Below, piece by piece: positions 51,321-64,000 of a stretch of 64,000 nucleotides of DNA. Location: NCBI RefSeq assembly GCF_009834535.1, contig NC_045698.1, positions 6,078,001 to 6,142,000 on the forward strand, written 5' to 3'. The translations under genes were made by a program, and so were the position numbers. Position 1 is the first letter of the stretch, and each line of letters begins with the position of its first letter. The notes under the pieces are model-generated. The model was not told where the DNA came from and searched no databases. It saw nothing but the letters and a program-made list of their open reading frames with translations. The stretch is from Camelus ferus. Its lineage: Eukaryota.

Positions 51321-54300
51321 GGATCCTGATGCCACATTTACTTAACACATCCAGTACTAGTTCATCACCAAACCGGCTCCCAGACCAGCCTCCTGGTGAC
51401 CAGCAGTTTTCCACCTGAACAGCTCTCAGGTTCTTTTTCTCTCTCCCTCCTCCTTTTTCCCCACTGTCCGCTTGGGACCCTGTTGGAGGTGTGGACACAG
51501 CCCAGTAGATGCCAGCCCCTATGTGAGCTGGTCCACAGTGACTGGGGACGTGAAGGTCAGGATTCCTGGGATCACAGCAAACTTGCTAGAGGGCGAGCAC
51601 TGAGGACATAGCTTTGGCAGCCTTGAAACAAGCAAGTAGGGACGTACTTTAGCGTCAAGAAAAAAGTCGCCTTTTCTCACGCAGTGCCCCCCCAGCAGCC
51701 CGTCTCCTGACAGTCTAACATCTTCCTGGTTGGGAAAGGAGGAGTCCTCAGTGTTGCTGGTTATTTTGTCACAGAGCAAGATGATGAGAGGGTGTTTGGA
51801 GGAGAGGGGCGGTAAATTGATGAGTGACACAGCTGATCTCCTGGCATGGTCTCTGGTAGGTGTTATTGACTCATACATTTTTATTTTGTGTTTTCTGTCT
51901 TCCAGAGTGCTTAGATCTGACCAGCGGTGGTGCATCTCAGCACTAGGAGACTGGGGACTGGTTCACCCGCAAGGCACTTACAACGTGGCAAGTGGATCGG
52001 TAATTCAGTAAAGAAAGCAGGATGCCGTGCTCACAGAGGATGAGAAGAAATCAGTCATAGTGATTCATGTCCTCAGCAACACTGGAGTGTTTAGAAGTGT
52101 CACTGTGCAGGAAAAAGATGTGAGTATCTTAGTTTGTTTGAAAGGAATCATCCATCAAAGAACAGACGTTTTAAGAGCAAGGCACAGAGACACATGAAAT
52201 CAAAATGTTTACACATAAGAAGCTGGTTATAATCACAATCAATAAAATTTTGCATTGTACTGGGGAGTTAATTACTGTAAGCTAAATCAACCTCAATCTC
52301 TCTCTCTCTCCGAATATTTTCACAGTATGAATAATGTCATAAAGTTTTTTCACAAATTCAAAATTGTAACATTTTCTTTTCATAAAACTAGATGGTCATG
52401 AAACCAGTTATGCCACACATACTGAAAATCACCTCTTTGTCCATTTGTGATTGTGGCCGAACCTGGGTCATTGTCCCCTGATAATGCCGGGCCATTCTCT
52501 TTATCAAGTGATTGTCTCTTGCCCAAGGAGGACAGGATGAGTGATGGCTTTAACTTCACAGGACAGAATCAATGCCACGTGTTGAGATAGGCTCCCCACA
52601 TAAGCCAGCAATTTTTTATTCAAACAAGAGCCTGGCTTGGAATCCCTGAAAAATATCCTGAAGGGTGTTCAGAGTTGCCACAATCTATATAACGAATCGG
52701 GCTTTTACACGTCTCCCAAGAGAAGCTGCCTCCTATGGTATCAAGGAGATTTTCTGAATCATGTACTGTTCCACTGTGAAATAAATAATGGCCAAAGTAT
52801 AAGGGATGGGGGTGTAAGGAAGGGGGTCTAGAGGGTGGGGGGAAGGCGTTGGTCCACTGGACTTGGGATCTGGGATCAGTGCAGCCACTCATTTGGCCAT
52901 TCAGTGGTAATTTGTGCTACCAGTTATTTGGGGAAAATGGAAAAATCTTTAATTCAAGAATTAAATTTCTTTTTAGCTATGATTAACTCTTAATTGATAA
53001 AAACAGTCAAGTAATATAATTATTTTGGGTAAAATGAATTCTAGTATTCTCTTCTAGGAATGATCTAAAAGAGCTGTTTACACACTCCGGTTGAGTAAAA
53101 GGCCACCAGACCTCATCTAACTGTGGGTGTCCAGCACGTAACGAGGCACGCGAGACTCGGAACGGTCACATGGTAGAAGATGAATAAATGCTGAATAATT
53201 GATAGAATCTGTAGACTGAGACATTGGACTGGAAATCAGATTCCATGGGTAACTTTTTTATTTTTTCTGGATGATTCCTCCACACTCCAATCCCTGAGCT
53301 GTGAGGAAGCTCTCAAAAGAGATGTCAGTGTCCCCTGGAGGATGATTTACATTTCCAATATAGTGTGGGTTAAAAGGCCCTCGAAGAGAAATGGCACGCA
53401 ATCACCTGGGCCCCAGGGGGCCTCACGGGAGGATGTGGCTCCAGAGTGAGTTATTTGAAGACTGTAAGGCAAACGCCGCCCTGTCAATAATGACAAGCTC
53501 TTTCAGAGGATGAGTCGTGAGAGAATAAATCATAAATAGGTTTTCAGGTGTCAGTCAGGAAATAAGCTATTACTTTGTCCCAGGCAGAGCAGCTGGGGAC
53601 CAGAGAGCAGGCTATTGCATATCTGGATGCTGCCGTGAGCTCTGGGTACCATGACAACCAGGACAAGCGTGGGAATAACAATCATTCCCAGGTAAATGGA
53701 TGACAACAGGTTCCCCTTCCGAACTCAGAATACAGAGGCTAAGAGGTATAAATGGATAATTCATTGCACTAACTCCATGCGTGACATTCCTGACAATGTC
53801 CAGACTTCTGGAGGCCATCGGGCAGGCCCAGGGCCACGGGCGGGTGGGATGGAGAGCTAATCCAAGCAGCATCTCTTCCCCGCCTTGCTGTGTGAGGCTT
53901 GGCAACATCCCATCTTCACCCTGGGTAGGAGAGCAATCATCAGAATCTTTGCCGACTGCCACTGGGAAGCAAACATTAAGGGAATGAAGTGGAGATAGTT
54001 TGAAATAAACTTCCGATAGCTCATATTTTGCATAGAAAGTGAGTTATTTGCTATTATGGAAGGATATTTTTGAAATTCTAAAAACTTTCATCATCCACTC
54101 ATCTTGTGATTTTAGTAACAAAAGGATCTGGGTGGCAGGAGGCTGAGTGGACCCCTCTAATTAGATCTTTGATACTTACTTTTGAGTGGCATTTCTTTAA
54201 AAAAAAGAAAAAGAAAAAAACAGAAACAAAAACAAAAGGCTCGGATTTGGGCTTGCGCAAACATGATAGGGCCAGAATCAGAATGTACCATGTAAGACAC

Positions 54301-54393
54301 AGTGATTGAAACTTCCATGTGCTGTATGCATTCTTCCTTCTGTCACAGTTTTCGCTACATTAAAGTGCCAATCTGCCTGTTAAACACGACACA

Positions 54394-55264
54394 CGTTAGT
54401 TTTAGGTATAATCAGAGTTACTCCAAAGCCCATCAGGGAAAAAAAATACTCCTGAACTCCTTTTCTGTAGACTTTCTCAAGTTGTGGCTAAAATTCTGCA
54501 CCCAGTTCTAATGTGTGGGTTTTTTCCCTACACTAAGCAATTCTCCAACAGCAGCTGGGTATCGTAAGAGTCAACTCAATTCTGACACTGTCTACCCAGA
54601 GACAGCATCAGATTCCACAGGTTAAGGGTTCAGTCCTAAAAGACTTCTCTCCATTTCAGATACAAATCAAAAGGCCAGATTGTGACCTGGGCTTCTGACC
54701 AAATGGCTGTGGTTGGGATGTTCCCATAGCCTCATCTTGGGTTCAATTAATGTGCTAGAGCATCTTCCAGAACTCAGAGAAATATTTTACTTATTATATT
54801 ATTGGTTTATTATAAAAGGATATACTCAGGAACAGCCAGATGAAGAGGAGCAGAGGGTAAGGTCTGGGGAAAGAGTGTGGCACTTCTGTGCCCTCTCCAA
54901 GTGCACCGCTCTACCAGAATAACCACATGCTCACCAACCTGGAAGCTCTCTGCACCCCATCCTTTTGGGGTTTTATGGAGTCTTTATTACACAGGCATGG
55001 TTGATTAAATCTTCAGCCCCTCTCCCCTCCCTGGAGGTCAAACTGGAGGGGCTGAAAGTTCCAACCCTCCAATCCCATGATTGGTTCCCCTGGTAAGCAG
55101 CTCCAGCCTTAGGTGCTTTTCAAAAGTCACCTGGTTGACTTAAACTCAGGTGTGGTTGAAAGGTATTTTTATGAATGTAAATTCCAAGGGTTTTCAGAGC
55201 TCTGTGCCAGGAATGGGGACAAAGACCAAAATACATACTTCTTTTTACAAATCACAATATGATA
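54394..55264 (-). mobile_element. MER21-family solo LTR
   Basis: aatgtgtgggtttttt...cagctgggt...caattctgacactgtctacccagagacagcatcagattccacaggttaagggttcagtcc...ttccaagggttttcagagctctgtgccaggaatggggacaaagaccaaa...tcacaatat matches recalled MER21. Confidence 0.85.
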
Positions 55265-58259
55265 GTGGCTTATATGTTTCTGTGGGTGAAAGACATTTTC
55301 TCAGACACAAGAATTCGATAAAATCTTTATCAGGCTGTATTTTTTATCTCATTGAGAATCTTGATTTTTTTTTTTTTTGATTAAGGAAAACCTTTTCTTC
55401 TAAATTGATAATCTGTATTGAAGGTTATTTCATAGAATAAGCCTTCTGATACTTCAGTTTGTCTTTTGCAAAGTGGGGTTGCACACCCTTGCTATTTTGT
55501 TTCAACTTTAAAGGAAAACATTACTCAAGTTTGGGAAATTCTGCTCTGCACCTAAATTTGTCACCCCTTGTTCCCGGAACTTCGGCATATAACTCAGTAA
55601 TGCTAAGCAGTTGGCCTCTTTCTTGGGGTCCAGCATAACTGCCTTGTTTTGCTCATTCTCCTGACTACTAAAACCAACACCTGTTAATATCAAGATTGAA
55701 CAATAAAATCTAACTGGTATGGAGGAAATGTTCATATTTGTACTTTTAATGCAAATAAAATATTTCAGATTTTCACTGTTAATATTCATAGATGTGAACA
55801 GAGAAAAGAGAATGTGACTAAAGCAAACGAAAGCTGTTTGGAGGCTGAGTGAATAAATATGTATCTTTGATTAATGGTAAATCCATTTCAGCATTAGAAT
55901 TAAACCAAGGTGTTGAGAGACAGTTCTCTGTGTGCTTCTCAAGTTTCTGGGAGTCTTGTGAACAGACAGTATGTGATTTTACTCTGGACTATCTTTCCAA
56001 GAAGTTCTGTATAGCAAACAGCGTTGGAAGGCAGGACATACTTACTTACTGTGTAGTAAAATAAAGACAGAGTCTCCCTCCAAGCAAAGAGTAGGCATGT
56101 TTATCGCCTATTTTAAAAGATTCAGGTTCCCTAAGCACAGGATTCCTATTTTCTCATGCAGTCCACTGTGTGTGGACAGGTATCATCTAGCCTTCTTCAC
56201 ATCTTCCTGTCACAAGCGAAAAATGTATGATTGATCTCCTTTAATATGAAATAAGAGAGACTGGAAATATTTAACAGGAATATATAGATATGGAATTCAG
56301 TTAATGAAAAGTTAGTGCAGATGGACTGTGGTTCCAAAGATAGACCTGGAAACAACAGGAGGAATTTGCAGGAAGTCACGGGTTTTGGAAATTTTGAGTT
56401 GACTGGCATTGGATTGGATATTTCTTAAGTACATCCCCAGCTCTTCAGACAGAGTCTGCATGATCACGTGGAGAGAGGGGATCTGCCCTCAGGTGGCACT
56501 GGCTAAGTGAGTTCCAAGTGGCCTCATTATATCCCTTCATTCTGTGGCTGGAGGACCAGGCTACTGAGTGTTTGGGGACCAAGGGCTCAGCACTCAGGCT
56601 GACTCTGCGAATTCCTTATCAGAGCACTTGCAGTCACTGAAAACACCACAAGGATGTGCAGCTCCAAGCACGCCTTCTTATCACATCACCTTTCACAAAA
56701 TCATCACTAGTCATCTGTTTCCTTCTCTTCTGGGTAAATAATAGGAAACGTATTCACATTGAGAGGCAGATCATTCATCAGTAAAATGCATCATATCCAT
56801 CTTTCCTAGGGTTCACCTTTAGGGATTATCCCAGTACCATTTGTTAGTGTCAAGGTTCCAGTGGAAAAAAAGTCTATGGCAATGGCTTTAAGGTATTTTT
56901 CTTCTTCCCTCGAAGCTGTGCTTCCGTGTCTGCGGACCTTGCTCAGGAAACCGTCTGGAGAACACAGGCCACTCCAGAAAAGGTGTTGCATTGGGTGTTT
57001 GAGGGAGGTTTTCCTTTTGTTTAATTTGGAAATGCGGCATGCGGCAGTGGTTCCGTACAGAACATAAAGTCATAGCGCTGGGAAGCACGAGTTCCTCTCC
57101 CTAATTTATCAGTGATTTCCACTCCGATCATCTCTGACACTGAGCATCTGCTCAGGAGCTTGTTGGTCCCAACACGTCCCCAGAGCATCCCCAGCGGGAG
57201 GGCGGGGGGCCTGCCTCCAGACCAGCCCAGATGAAGCCCCAGGTGTCTCCTGTTTTCTAACAGGTGCTGCCTGAGCTGCCATTAGCCTGACAGAGACAGA
57301 GAGAAAAAATACAAGGTGATAGCGCCACACAACACAGCTGCTTGCTGAGTCTCCCAAGACTCGTAATTTCACAGCTTCTGTTGAGAACATTAGTGGGGAG
57401 TTAACTAGCCATGGTTGTGACTGATACTGAGGTCCATGATTTTTCTTCTTATGGGACTGATGTGTTATCTAGGCTAATTAGCAGACGTTTACTAGCTAGA
57501 GGTTTCACACCAGCATGAAAAATAAATCACATGTGATGAAAACCTATTAGAAACATCCAAATAGGCAGTCTGCAAGCTGCCCCCCAATCACTGAAAGGTA
57601 TCAAGAGATAACAACCAAACGAAGGAATCCTTTGAGAGCTTCAGCTAAAATTTCACATTTTTAAAAAAGGAGAATTTTCACATCTTAATTGGGGTCAGAA
57701 TTTGTAGAATCTCAACCTCAGTGGAGATGCCATGAAGGGCAAATTGTGCTTAAATCTTACCAGAATAATGCAGGTTGGGGGGAGGGTATTGGGGAGGGGA
57801 GGGGGTCTCGGGCCAGCCTGTCCACCAAGGGAGCGAGGATGCAGTGATGCAGGCTCCAGTTGGGGCTTCTCCCAGAAAATGTTTCTACCAGGCACATGCC
57901 AAATCCTTCCAGAGGGGCCGTGGGGGGAAGTTAATGCCCTCATGTCTTCCAACTACAGACAATAACACAGATTTCAAGGGCACTAAGAATCCAGCATAGA
58001 GCTCCTGACACAATGTAACAGGAGCATTACTAAACTCTTTGTAGCTGAGCCTGTGCGATGACGGGCAAAGAGGCCATTGCGTAGTAACCAGGCATGGACT
58101 CCAGTCCCATCTAACATGAGTCTACACTGCCAGGATCTGCCCAAGGCTTGCAGAGGGCCAGGATGCAGTGTCAGAGCTGACTGGGCCGCTGTGTTCGCAC
58201 CCACCTCCGAGGTTCCAATGAGTGTCAGGGGCCTGCCTTCCGAAGACAGGGACCTCAAC

Positions 58260-59350
58260 CCTCGGCACTGCGGTTGCGTTAGGATCTGATCTGCATTTTT
58301 AATTAGCGCTTGGATTGTGAGAAGTGGACGGATGACTGGAACATTCTGAATGTAAGATGCGCTGCAGATGTGAGGTGTGCAGGCAAGGAAGGAAGCAAGG
58401 ATGACTGCAGTGCTGTCAGGGCGACTGCGTTTTTGGTGCTAGCAGCTAACAAGCCGGGGCAGGCTTTGAGGAAGCAGGTTTGTGTGTGTGCAGGGCGGAG
58501 GTGCGGAGGGCAGGGAGCGCTGTAGTGCTGAGTTAAGCAAAAGTGAGGAGCTTTCCCTCACTCCTCCCCTCCCCAGTTCATCCATCAGGCGGTCCAGTTG
58601 GCACCGCCTCTAATACTCACCCCAGACCCTTCCACATGCCCCCACTTCTGCAGTCCCTTCCCGTGTGCTCAGCATCATCCCCTGAGCATCCGTTCTTTCC
58701 CTCCTGTATTCCATACTCCATTTTCCATGCAACAGTCATGAATCTTCTAAAAATGCCAATCAGATCCTATCACTTTGCTGTTTAAAATCTTCTAATGAAT
58801 ACTTATCAGATTTAGGGTAGATGTCAACCCTGGCTCATCGCGGGTCTGTATGTCTGGCTCTGCCATTTTTTCACTCTCCAGCCACACCACTCTCCATCTC
58901 CCACTGCAGTCGGCACGAGAGCCCTTTGTTCCTGAGCCTCCCCAAAGAGCCCATTGACAGGACTTTGGGAATGACCGTTAGCCCTGCTTGATGTCTACAT
59001 ACATGGCTCCTTCCCGTCTCTGGAATCACAGTTTAAAATGCCACTCTTCAGAGAAATTTTGTCTGCTCACACAGTCTAAAGTAGCCACCTACCCACCCCC
59101 CCCATCACAGAACTCTGCTGAAATTCCATCGTTACTAGCATTGTTCTTGTCAATGTGTTCGTTTGTTGTTTCCAAGCTGCCTCTCCCAAATGGAATTAAG
59201 GTACTTGAGAAAGGGATCTGTTCTCTTTGATCAAGTCAGACAGTGCCTGATACCTGGAAACTCAAATATTATTTGAGCAAATTAATTGTCATTTCCCCAG
59301 TGCCTCACAAGTGCACTTGGCATAAAGCAGATGCTCAGTGAAAGTTTCGA
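58260..59350. mobile_element. L2 fragments (antisense ~58260-58540, sense ~58545-59350 ending in a 3' tail)
   Basis: cagatcctatcactttgctgtttaaaatcttctaatg, catggctccttccc...tttaaaatgccactcttcagaga, ccccagtgcctcacaagtgcacttggcataaagcagatgctcagtgaa. Confidence 0.75.
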
Positions 59351-60689
59351 AGGTTTTTTTTTCTTTAATAAATGAGTACCGGAAGAAAGACCCAAAAGAC
59401 ACTCGAGAATCATCCAAGTGTCTCATTTCTCTTCATTGTATCACTTGAGCGGGCAGTAACAAGTAATTTCCCTACTCTTTGAATCAAAATACTGCTGTGA
59501 AAACTGGCAGCTAGGTTCTCTGATGTAACTAATATTCTCCTTCCGTTTTGAACTTAGAAGCGTTATCTCAGGATTTTCAAGCTGATTTGTCATGTATTGT
59601 TAAAAACTGTCGCCAGGTGTATCACCCCCCACGAATCGAGACCGTTTGTCCTGTTCGCCTCGGGATGGAAATCAGTGCACCTGCCGTCGTCAAAAGAAGA
59701 TTAGACGCCTCCTTTTCAAGTGGGGGGCATTTGCTTCTCTTCCGGGGGACATTTCACTCTCAAAGATGGAGTCTGATTAGGAAAACAGCAGCATGTTTGC
59801 AGACAGTTTGCAATGTCAATTTATTGTAGAATAACAATGACGTGAAGTAGATGTTCCTTTACTTCCCCACGGAAAGCAAAAAGATAGTGCAGTCTGAATA
59901 ATGAACAGAATCAGATCTCACTAAACCAGCCATTTATAAAATTGACTGTTACATTCATGCCCCAATTGATACATATGAAATTAGCCTGACTGAAACACAT
60001 CACCAGGGTTTGGGCAATGATGGAGAGGAGAGGAAAAGAGCACTGACAGCATCGTCACCCAGCTGGGGTGCCTGAGCCCAAGAGTGCGCGAGGTGGGCAG
60101 CAGTCTCGGGGGAAACGCAGCCTGTGGAGAACTGATTTACCTCAATGCTTTGAAGAAAATGTTAGGCAGTTAAACTTACAATATTAAGAGCATCATTTTT
60201 TAATTGAAATAACACATTCTTAGGGATGCTAAGAAGCAGAATGCATCTTCACAAGAATTTGTGTGATGTGAGATGAAACTATAAAGGGAGACCCCTTAGG
60301 CATAAGGACGGTTTAGTTTCTATAATCGAGGCCTCTGGGTGTTCCCACTGCCGTTCAGTTCCCCCCGCTATTCAGAGTGTTCAGCAGAAAAGTCCAAGAA
60401 GAAGGATCACCTTTCTGCTGCCCCCACCCCGAGCCCCAGCAGACCCACCCTCTCCCGGCTGTGCTTTCTTTCCTTTCTTGAAAAATCCCACCTGGCTCCT
60501 CCATGACCTGCTCATGGACACTCCCTCAAGGGGATTTTACCACAAAGAATCCACTGAAGCTGCCCACGTCACATTCCACAAGCTTCTGAAACTCACCCAT
60601 TCCACTGGCCTTCACTCTCTGCTCCAGCACCCGAATGCGAGCGCCGCAATTCCAGCATCCATGTTCCATCTCTGCATTCCTCATTCTTG

Positions 60690-60955
60690 GTACCATCGGG
60701 GCTCAGTAAGCCCTGGAGAATTCTTGGACTTACTTTTCATCTTGGATATTTGTGCTGGACTTGATGACAGAATAGTGGATAAGAAAGTCCCACGAGCAAG
60801 AAGAAGCATAAAGAGAGGGTAGGCAGTGAGGGGGATAGTGATGTGAGATGATACGGAGAGGCAGGTAAAACCACACCTTGCAGGACCTGGTGGGTCAAGG
60901 CAAGGAACTGGACTTAGACCAAGTGCAATGAGAAGCCTTGAGAGCTTTCATGGAG
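60690..60955 (-). mobile_element. L2 fragment
   Basis: ccttgcaggacctggtgggtcaaggcaaggaactggactt...aagtgcaatgagaagccttgagagcttt. Confidence 0.6.
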
Positions 60956-60959
60956 AGCA

Positions 60960-61762
60960 CTCACAAATTAGCAAGTTACTGCAATTTCCATATGATGGCT
61001 GAACAGTATTTTGCAAAGTACTTTTAAATCTTAAATTCATATCATCAATAATACTCTTAAATGTATAGAGTCTAAATGCCACCTGTTTGTATTATGGCAA
61101 TCAGATGGATGCAGAATGCTACATTAGGAAATAATTTCATTATTTAGAATACTTAATGGGATTTAATTAAGTATTACTTAAATTTAAATAAAATTTTGGT
61201 GTCAAATAATTTGACAAAATGTTATATTCAATAATTATGTTTGTATTCTTCTAATTTTAATATGTAATTCTTAAGATTTGAACTTTTTGTCACATTTCCA
61301 TTAATTTAGATGTTTGAGGAAAATAAATTCAATTTTGTATATTTCAAACACAATTACATTTCATTTTTAGTCTTTTAGATTATTAAAATCAATAAAATAA
61401 AAAGTGAATTTGTGTCACACAAAATGTGAACACACTGGTGTGAAAATCTTTACTATAAAAACAGTAATTTTATCTTAATGTTATTATTTATCCAAACATT
61501 GTCAGCTTACTAATAAAATGCTTAGACATGGGCAATTATAACTTGTTTCAATTGTTTTAGTATTTTGTTGACTTTTGGTTATGTAAAAACATAGCTTTTT
61601 TTTATGTTGTCATTTTAACAATGTATCTGGAAAGGTAGAATGATAAAACGTATTTTATTGAACAAATTGTTAGCTTGATTTGCACATATTACCTGTGACA
61701 TGGTTTGAGGGGTATCTGTTTGTACCCTTGCCACGGGTTCCGCGATGTTAGGCATGGGTCCG
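60960..61762. mobile_element. Possible old hAT (Tip100-group) DNA transposon fragment
   Basis: Very AT-rich interior ending in tgtacccttgccacgggttccgcgatgttaggcatgggtccg, resembling recalled hAT-Tip100 termini. Confidence 0.4.
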
Positions 61763-62089
61763 TTGGACTTCACAGTACTGCATAACCCACTCTCTTACCA
61801 AGTTAGTGACTCCTTTGCCCTTGTCTTTCTGCTTCAACTTCTCTCCAAAACCCAGACTGTGATTAACATAACCAGCTATAATCTGCCTCCTACACCTGGG
61901 AGTTGAGCAGGACAAGGCAGAGTCTCAGTGGGGATGGAGGAATTCAGAATCATTTGGCTGGAACTACCACAAACGGGTCCTGTACAATCGATGGGCCCCT
62001 CAGTGCTTCATGATAGGTAACTGTATCCCCTAAGGCTGTTTCCTCTCCCCTCTACGATGATTATTTCCACCCGTTGCTCCCCTCCAAAG

Positions 62090-62300
62090 TGGAAGCTAAG
62101 GAGGAAGTAGGGTTCAGCAAGCATTTGAATCCTACCTCCACTATTTATTTGGCTTGGGCAAATTTCAGAGCTTCTAGGAGCTTAAGATTCCTCACTTGTA
62201 AAATGGAGAAAATAACATTTCCTTCAGGGTTGCCATAAGGATTAGAGACAATCAATAGAAAGCGCTAGTCACACTTGACGTGACATGTAAATGGTGAAAG
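62090..62300 (+). mobile_element. MIR
   Basis: tttgaatcctacctccactattta...cttgggcaaattt...ttcctcacttgtaaaatggagaaaataac...cagggttgccataaggattagag. Confidence 0.8.
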
Positions 62301-63889
62301 CGTTACCAGGTCCCCCTTGTCAATTAACTCTCAAGGAAGGCAGCCTCACTTCTCACGAACAGGGTAAACAGGGGCCATGAAGTAAGACCTTTCTCAACAT
62401 CCTGCAAGACCACTTAGTTAACTACTCATTTATTCTCCCTTCTCTTTTGTTGCATATTGTCCCTGCCCCCCTATAATGTAAATTTCCTGCCTTTATTTCA
62501 ATGACTACATTTCCTTAACCAACCCCAACTCTATTTTTTCTTTAATTTCCACTGTTCATTGGTTCATACTCATTGGCTTTCAAACTAGTTTATACAGTAC
62601 AAAAACAACAATTTTCCCCAAAGGAAAATTTTGTGGCTTAGATCTTCTGTCCAAAACCATATTTCCTCCCTTATTATCACATCCTTTCTGTGATTTCAAA
62701 GGCTGTGGTTTTTACTAAGGTGTGCCCTTGGAAGTGAACAGGTCAGAGGGTTTTCACCCTTGATTCTGCTGGAGTTGCTGGTTTCATCATCCTGGGCCAC
62801 TCCGTTTGGTGTCTCAACATCGTTTTTGAGCATATGCATGCTCCTTCAAATCCCAGTGCTATCTGGAAGCCTCCGGTGTCCCAGATCTGTCACTGACATC
62901 TTTTTCCAGATTCCAAAACCTCATTGCTATTGTTGCTCCTTTTGTATTTTGTGGTTTTTTTTTTTTTAAACTAAATCTATTGGTGATTTCTGGAGGAAAT
63001 AGATTTATTTCTTATAGCTTGAATTCCATCTTTCAACTTATCCTAGCAATTGTGTATAATTTTTAATATGAGTGCAAAGTGACTCTCCTTTGTAAGTGGT
63101 TCTGGAAAGTTGAAATGGGCAAAGAAAATTTACCCATGACAGCCTGGATTGCCTTCTCATTATTTAGGTAAAAAACAACCTGAACTCTTCAGAACTACAC
63201 ATAATGGACAAAATGGTGTTTTATATAACAAATTAAACATATCCCAAAGCAGCACCACTAATGCATCTAAATCCCTGCTATTGAAATGTTAAATTAAAGA
63301 ATCAACTAATATCTTACATATTAAGATGCAAAATTGAAAACTTACCTATAAAATATATAAATTGGTTAAAAAGAATTATCTAAAGCTTCTGTGTGAGGAG
63401 GATAATTATTGGTAAATTCGCAGCTCTTAAGGCATTTGTTGTGGACAGTTGATCCGATGAACATTTGAGGGGAGTTTTATGATCCCTATTTTTGTTACCC
63501 AGTTAAACTTCTCCTAAAAATACAATCAGAAATTTATGAGAAAGGAATCAGAACTCATTAAAGAGTAAAGCTGATATCAAATTTCTAATTTATGGACTTT
63601 CAAAATTTTAGCCTTCTGCCCTTTTTATTGATTAAAATGCTTATTCTTTGCTAATCTACACGGACACATTACTGAACTCTAATTTGTCCTTGCTAAACAC
63701 ATCTGAAAGTAAAGGCGTCAGCCACACTAAACGACACCTACTTTTAAGGTTTTGTGTTAAATATATCTACACGCCAACTGTACTTACATCAATAGCTTTA
63801 TCCATGTTTAATCATTTCCTTGGACTTATACTTCTAGCAATATGGCAGATTAAACAGAAACAATTAGGTTTTGAGTGAATTGGAACAAA

Positions 63890-64000
63890 TATATTTTATT
63901 TATTTTTTTCTTTCAGCTTTACTGAGATATAAATGACACACAGCACTGTATAAGTTTAAGGTGAACAGCGTGATGATTTGACTTGCATATGTCTTGACAT
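63890..64000 (-). mobile_element. L1 3' end (poly-A tail and 3'UTR), continues beyond the window
   Basis: T-rich tail then cagctttactgagatataaatgacacacagcactgtataagtttaaggtgaacagcgtgatgatttgact. Confidence 0.8.

Noticed and set aside
56486..56499. CTCF-like motif ccctcaggtggcac
   Set aside because: Two mismatches to the core consensus; such matches are expected by chance in 64 kb.
57263..57314. Exon-like segment after ttttctaacag
   Set aside because: Stops in all three frames and a weak donor; no further support.

Overview
This is AT-rich eutherian mammal genomic DNA, either intergenic or deep intronic. I recognise no protein-coding exon, RNA gene, processed pseudogene or NUMT, and the six-frame ORFs are chance ORFs or transposon remnants. 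The window is a mosaic of old interspersed repeats: L1 fragments (two with twin-priming 5' inversions), L2, MIR, MaLR/ERVL/ERV1 solo LTRs (MLT1-, MER21-, MER41-like) and DNA transposons (Tigger1 deletion derivative, 3'-truncated Tigger2 with a decayed transposase, MER2-like, MER58, MER5). The repeat content suggests Cetartiodactyla, possibly a camelid (inference). The most notable signals are local GC/CpG-rich patches that overwrite old repeats (possible GC-biased gene conversion), a CpG-island-like segment near 48 kb, repeat-free blocks rich in homeodomain/SOX/TALE motifs (candidate enhancers), a few unverified exon-like segments and a perfect 44-bp tandem duplication. Repeat family names come from recalled consensus sequences, not a search, and most boundaries are approximate. 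I found no convincing novel multi-gene system.
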